Source: an uncultured Actinomycetes bacterium (lineage in GTDB: Bacteria > Actinomycetota > UBA4738 > HRBIN12). From it: 64,000 nt of DNA. Made by a program: the position numbers and the translations under genes. Below the pieces are notes generated by a model. The model had not been told where the DNA came from, ran no database searches, and saw only the letters and a program-made list of their open reading frames with translations. This document shows, piece by piece, positions 59,452 to 64,000 of this stretch (position 1 is the stretch's first letter; each line of letters starts with the position of its first letter). The stretch spans positions 992,001 through 1,056,000 of the forward strand of contig OY969934.1 of NCBI GenBank assembly GCA_963704725.1. Direction: 5' to 3'.

Positions 59452-60327
59452 ATGGGGGGCATGCTCGGACTGGCGAACTGCGGGCGCTTCCAGGGCTGGT
59501 TCGACTGCTGGGGGCTCTCCGTGGCAATCGCGCTGGCCGTCGCGGTCATCGTGACGATCGGGCTCCAGCTCGTTGTCCGGGGGTTCCGCCGCAAGCTCGA
59601 GGGCACCGCCAGCGCCACGCAGGAGCTGAACATCCAGCGCGTCACGACGCTGACCGGCGCCCTGTCGACGACCGGGATCGTCGTCACGTGGACGATATCG
59701 GTGCTCATCGTCCTCGACAGCCTGGGCGTGCCGCTCGCCGCCGTGTTCGCGAGCGCCGGGGTCGCGGGCGTGGCGCTGGGGTTCGGGGCCCAGTCGATCG
59801 TGAAGGACACGCTGTCGGGGTTCTTCATCCTGCTCGAGAACCAGTTCGGCGTGGGGGACGTGGTCGAGGTCGCCACGACCGGTGGGCACGTCGGTGGGAA
59901 GGTCGAGGGGCTCACGATGCGCGTCACGACGCTTCGCGCGTTCGACGGCACGCTGAACTCCGTCCCCAACGGGAACATCCAGTTCGTCAGCAACAAGTCG
60001 CGCGGCTGGGCCCGGGCCATCGTCGACGTGCGCGTCGCGTACGGCGAGGACGTGGACCGGGTGCGCGGGATCCTGGAGGACCTGTTCGAGGACCTCCGCA
60101 CGGACCAGTCGCTCTCGGACTGGATCCGGGAGGGCCCGAGCGTGCTCGGCGTCGAGACGATGGCCGACTACGCGCTCATCGTCCGGGTCATCGCCGACAC
60201 CCGGCCGTCGAAGCGCTACGACACGGAGCGGATCCTGCGCGAGCGCATCGCCGCGCGCCTGGACGCCGAGGGCATCCGGGTCCCGCTGCCGCCCACCGGC
60301 GTCCCGGGGTCGGGCACCACGGCCTGA
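59452..60327 (+). CDS. Small-conductance mechanosensitive channel (MscS family)
   Basis: ALGFGAQSIVKD..GFFILLENQFGVGD, VPNG. Confidence 0.92.
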   Translation: MGGMLGLANCGRFQGWFDCWGLSVAIALAVAVIVTIGLQLVVRGFRRKLEGTASATQELNIQRVTTLTGALSTTGIVVTWTISVLIVLDSLGVPLAAVFASAGVAGVALGFGAQSIVKDTLSGFFILLENQFGVGDVVEVATTGGHVGGKVEGLTMRVTTLRAFDGTLNSVPNGNIQFVSNKSRGWARAIVDVRVAYGEDVDRVRGILEDLFEDLRTDQSLSDWIREGPSVLGVETMADYALIVRVIADTRPSKRYDTERILRERIAARLDAEGIRVPLPPTGVPGSGTTA

Positions 60328-60370
60328 GCCCTGTCCGGGATCGCGGACGGCCGGTTACGCTGAGCCCGAC

Positions 60371-61255
60371 ATGGGGCAGCCGCCGTTCGCGTCGGTGGAG
60401 GAGCTGCAGGCCGCGTTGCAGCGCGAGCGCTACCTGGCGGACCGGGGCCTGGCCACGGCGATCTACCTCGCCGTCTCGCTCGACAAGCCGCTCCTGCTCG
60501 AGGGCGAGGCGGGGGTGGGCAAGACCGAGGTGGCCAAGGTGCTCGCCGCGCTCTTGGACCGCGACCTGATCCGGCTCCAGTGCTACGAGGGGATCGACGC
60601 CAGCCAGGCCCTGTACGAGTGGAACTACTCGCGGCAGCTCCTCGCGGTCCGCGCGATGCAGGACGCGACCGCCGAGGCCCACGTGCAGGACCTGTTCGGC
60701 CCCGAGTTCCTGGTGGAGCGGCCGCTGCTCGCGGCGATCCGCGCCGGCTCGAGCGCCGTCCTCCTGGTCGACGAGCTCGACCGCGCCGACGACGAGTTCG
60801 AGGCGTTCCTGCTCGAGATCCTGTCCGAGTTCGCGGTGACGATCCCCGAGGTCGGGCGGATCGGCGCGCAGCAGCCGCCCGCGGTCGTCGTCACGTCGAA
60901 CCGGACGCGCGAGCTCCACGACGCGCTCAAACGCCGGTGCCTCTACCACTGGATCGACCACCCGGCGCTCGACCGCGAGATCGAGATCATCCGGGCGCGC
61001 GCCCCGGAGGTTCCCGAGGCGCTGGCCCGGGACGTCGCCGCGGCGGTGAACCGCCTGCGCGCGTTCGACATCGCCAAGCGGCCGGGCGTGGCCGAGACGA
61101 TCGACTGGGCCAACGCCGTCTCGTTCCTCGGCGTCGACCGGCTGGACGAGGAGACCGCGGCCGCGACCCTCGGCTCGGTCCTGAAGGACCACGACGACCA
61201 GGAGCTGGCCGTCCCGCGCCTGGCCGAGGTCGTCGGCGATGGCGGCGAGTCCTGA
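60371..61255 (+). CDS. coxD: MoxR-family AAA+ ATPase (CoxD-like)
   Basis: LEGEAGVGKT, LQCYEG, DELDRADDEFEAFLLE, LKRRCLY. Confidence 0.9.
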   Translation: MGQPPFASVEELQAALQRERYLADRGLATAIYLAVSLDKPLLLEGEAGVGKTEVAKVLAALLDRDLIRLQCYEGIDASQALYEWNYSRQLLAVRAMQDATAEAHVQDLFGPEFLVERPLLAAIRAGSSAVLLVDELDRADDEFEAFLLEILSEFAVTIPEVGRIGAQQPPAVVVTSNRTRELHDALKRRCLYHWIDHPALDREIEIIRARAPEVPEALARDVAAAVNRLRAFDIAKRPGVAETIDWANAVSFLGVDRLDEETAAATLGSVLKDHDDQELAVPRLAEVVGDGGES

Positions 61256-62408
61256 GGCCGAGGCCCTCGGGCGCCTCATCGGCTTCGGGCGCGAGCTCCG
61301 GCGCCGGGGCCTGAACGTCGGGACGGGCCGGATCGTCACCTTCTGCCGGGCGGCCGCCTCGTTCCGCGCCCTCGATCGCACCGACCTGTACTGGGCGGGG
61401 CGCTCCTGCCTGATCTCGCGGCCCGAGGACGGGGAGGCCTTCGACGCCGCGTTCGACGCGTGGTTCCGGGAGGGGGTCCGCATCGAGCTCGGCCTGGCCC
61501 CGGCCGGCCTGGAGCCCGGCGACCCAGGCCGGCGGGGGGGCGAGGGGCTCGAGGGCCTGGTCGTCGAGGAGGACCGCATCGTGGCGAAGGAGTGGCACGG
61601 GCTCGACGAGGACGAGGAGCCGGAGGGCGAGGCGGCCGTCCGGATCGTCGCCAGCGCGGTCGAGGTGCTGCGGGAGAAGTCGTTCGCCGACCTCTCGGAG
61701 GAGGAGCGGCAGCGGGTCGCACTGCTGATCCGGCGGCTCGCGGTGCGCGTCCCCACGCGCCGCACCCGTCGCCTCCGACCCGCGCCCTCGGGGTCGCGCT
61801 TCGACGTCAAGCGCACGCTCCGCCGGTCGCTCCGGACGCAGGGCGAGCCGTTCGACCGGGCGTGGCGGGCCCGGGGCACCCGCTCGCGCCCCCTCGTACT
61901 CATCCTCGACATCAGCGGCTCGATGGCGCCGTACGCGAGAGCCCTCCTGCAGTTCGCGTTCGCCGCCATGGTGGCCGGGCGGCGGGTCGAGGTCTTCTGC
62001 TTCGGCACCCGGCTCACGCGCGTCACGCGGACCCTCCGCACGAAGGACCCGGACCGCGCGATGCACGAGATCGGCCGGCTCGTCGCGGACTGGGAGGGTG
62101 GCACGCGCATCGGCGAATCGCTGAAGTCGCTCCTGGACGAGTGGAGCCAGCGGGCCGCGATCCGCGGCGCCGTCGCGGTGATCTGCTCGGACGGCCTCGA
62201 GCGCGGCGAGCCAGACCTGATGCGCGACCAGATGGCCAGGCTCCGCCGGCTCGTCCATCGGATCGTGTGGGTCAACCCGCTGAAGGGGAGCCCGCGCTAC
62301 GAGCCGCTCGCACGCGGCATGGCCGCGGCGCTGCCCTCGATCGACGTGTTCCTTCCCGGACACAACCTGGAGAGCCTCGAGGAGCTGTCGCGCACCCTCG
62401 GCGACTAG
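61239..62408 (+). CDS. coxE: VWA-domain protein (CoxE-like)
   Basis: DISGSM, FGTRLT, WEGGTRIG, SDGLERG, WVNPL. Confidence 0.9.
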   Translation: MAASPEAEALGRLIGFGRELRRRGLNVGTGRIVTFCRAAASFRALDRTDLYWAGRSCLISRPEDGEAFDAAFDAWFREGVRIELGLAPAGLEPGDPGRRGGEGLEGLVVEEDRIVAKEWHGLDEDEEPEGEAAVRIVASAVEVLREKSFADLSEEERQRVALLIRRLAVRVPTRRTRRLRPAPSGSRFDVKRTLRRSLRTQGEPFDRAWRARGTRSRPLVLILDISGSMAPYARALLQFAFAAMVAGRRVEVFCFGTRLTRVTRTLRTKDPDRAMHEIGRLVADWEGGTRIGESLKSLLDEWSQRAAIRGAVAVICSDGLERGEPDLMRDQMARLRRLVHRIVWVNPLKGSPRYEPLARGMAAALPSIDVFLPGHNLESLEELSRTLGD

Positions 62409-62409
62409 C

Positions 62410-63243
62410 ATGCCCGCCGTGGACGGGCCCGAGGAACGGACCGGCCGGATCCGGCGGATGGGCCGGCTCACCGAGCCCGACGAGGAGGCGCTCCTCACCT
62501 ACGGCGGCTACCTGGCCGTCCCCGAGCTCCTCTCGCTCCAGCAACTGCGCTCGGACCCGCCCGTGCACGACGAGCTCCTGTTCATCGTGGTGCACCAGGC
62601 CTACGAGCTGTGGTTCAAGCAGCTGATCTTCGAGCTCGAGACGATCCGGAACCGGATGATCGAGGGTGACGGCGAGCGCGCCCGCCACTACCTCACGCGC
62701 GTCGCGGCGATCGAGCGTGTGCTGATCGAGCAGATCGGGGTGCTCCAGACGATGACCCCGCAGGACTTCCTCGAGTTTCGCTCGCTGCTCACGCCGGCCT
62801 CGGGCTTCCAGTCCGCGCAGTTCCGCGAGGTCGAGTTCGTCAGCGGCCTGAAGGACCGGAGGTACCTGCGCGACCTCGCCGGCACGGCCGAGGAGATGCG
62901 GCGCCTGTCCAGACGCCTCGACGAGCCGACGGTGTGGGACGGGTTCGTGGCGCTGCTCGAGCGCCGTGGGCTCCCCATGCCCGAGGACGACGTGGACGCG
63001 CGGATGCAGAGCCTGCTCCGGATGGCGCGCGAGCCGGTCCACGCCGGGCTGTTCGCCGTGGCCGAGGGGCTGCTCGACCACGACGAGTCGTTCGCCGAGT
63101 GGCGCTACCGTCACGTCCTGATGGTCGAGCGCGAGATCGGCGCCAAGCCCGGCACCGGCGGCTCGGCCGGCGTCGAGTACCTGCGATCCACGCTCACGAA
63201 GCGGTGTTTCCCCGAGCTCTGGGAGATCCGCTCGAACCTCTAG
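62410..63243 (+). CDS. kynA: Tryptophan 2,3-dioxygenase
   Basis: HDELLFIVVHQAYELWFK, ASGFQSAQFR, WRYRH..IGAKPGTGGSAG. Confidence 0.94.
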   Translation: MPAVDGPEERTGRIRRMGRLTEPDEEALLTYGGYLAVPELLSLQQLRSDPPVHDELLFIVVHQAYELWFKQLIFELETIRNRMIEGDGERARHYLTRVAAIERVLIEQIGVLQTMTPQDFLEFRSLLTPASGFQSAQFREVEFVSGLKDRRYLRDLAGTAEEMRRLSRRLDEPTVWDGFVALLERRGLPMPEDDVDARMQSLLRMAREPVHAGLFAVAEGLLDHDESFAEWRYRHVLMVEREIGAKPGTGGSAGVEYLRSTLTKRCFPELWEIRSNL

Positions 63244-63998
63244 TCGGGTCCTCTCGCCGCGACGTAGGCGTCGATCAACTCCCGGAGACGTCCCCGGCCG
63301 AAAGAGTCGTCGTGGCCGCCGTGGACGATCCGCACGGGCAGGTCGCGCAGGCGGGCCATACTCCGGACGTAGTCGGCGACGTTCGACTCCGGCAGCTCGT
63401 CGAGGAGCACCCCACTCTCGTAGACGCAGTCGCCGGAGAACAGCGTGGCCGTCTCCGACTCCCACAGGCCGAGCTCGCCGGGCGTGTGCCCGGGCAGGTG
63501 CAGGACGACGAACCGGCGGTCGCCGAGATCGATCTCGTCGCCCTCGTCGACGACGCGGGTGGGGGCGACGGGCTCGACGCGGTAGGTCGCGAGGTCGAAC
63601 CCCTCGTGCGGCACCGCGGTCAGCAGTGACGGCGGCGCCTCGTACCCGGAGAGCTCCTCGGGCGGGTAGTCCTCGATCACCAGGCTGGCGAACCCTTCGG
63701 CCCGGGCCACCGCCTCGGCGTCGTCGCGATGGACGACCACCTCGTCGAACTCGTGGAGGCCGCCGGTGTGGTCGAAGTGCCGGTGCGTGGCCACGGCGAC
63801 GACGGGTCGTTCGAACAGGTCGGTGAGCTCGGTCCGTAGCGACGCGATCCCGAGGCCGGCGTCGACGAGGAGGTCGCGGTCGAGCCCGCGGACCAGGTAG
63901 AGGTTGGCGCGCAGGAACGGGTCGACGTGCGGCTCGGTGATGCGGACGACGCCGTCGTCGACGGTCTCATGCTCGAACCATCGTTCCGCGACCTGCAT
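63240..63998 (-). CDS. MBL-fold metallo-hydrolase
   Basis: THRHFDHTGG, PGHT, FSGD, GGH. Confidence 0.9.
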   Translation of the reverse strand: MQVAERWFEHETVDDGVVRITEPHVDPFLRANLYLVRGLDRDLLVDAGLGIASLRTELTDLFERPVVAVATHRHFDHTGGLHEFDEVVVHRDDAEAVARAEGFASLVIEDYPPEELSGYEAPPSLLTAVPHEGFDLATYRVEPVAPTRVVDEGDEIDLGDRRFVVLHLPGHTPGELGLWESETATLFSGDCVYESGVLLDELPESNVADYVRSMARLRDLPVRIVHGGHDDSFGRGRLRELIDAYVAARGPD

Positions 63999-64000
63999 GT

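Overview
High-GC, actinobacterial-type chromosome segment (taxon inferred from the galU-moeA-moaC-membrane protein-tRNA-Ala order and codon style). It holds two integrated elements whose att sites can be read from the sequence. (1) A 12.1-kb island (4035-16135) at the 3' end of tRNA-Ala(CGC) with a large serine recombinase (attP inside its own gene), a Replic_Relax protein, a frameshifted ~2400-aa Rhs protein with an unrecognised C-terminal tip, and a candidate immunity lipoprotein. (2) A 9.2-kb phage-satellite-like element (29001-38214) inserted in, and repairing, the tag gene. It has a serine integrase, excisionase, HTH replication protein with internal 22-bp iterons, P27-type small terminase and an HK97-type capsid protein, but no recognisable portal, large terminase, protease or tail gene. 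It also has two strongly structured non-coding regions, one ~400 nt with T-loop-like hairpins. Between the elements lie a DUF4143 ATPase, an ankyrin protein, vapBC, an SPFH protein, and an ECF sigma/zinc finger/TM/5xCalx-beta fusion preceded by a 44-aa C2H2 finger and twin divergent promoter motifs. The right third is metabolic: mmsA, a class III aminotransferase, a c-di-GMP-I riboswitch with a CAP gene, a form I CO dehydrogenase cluster with cydAB embedded, a form II-like S-L-M cluster, coxDE and kynA. All calls are by eye from motifs; no database searches were run.
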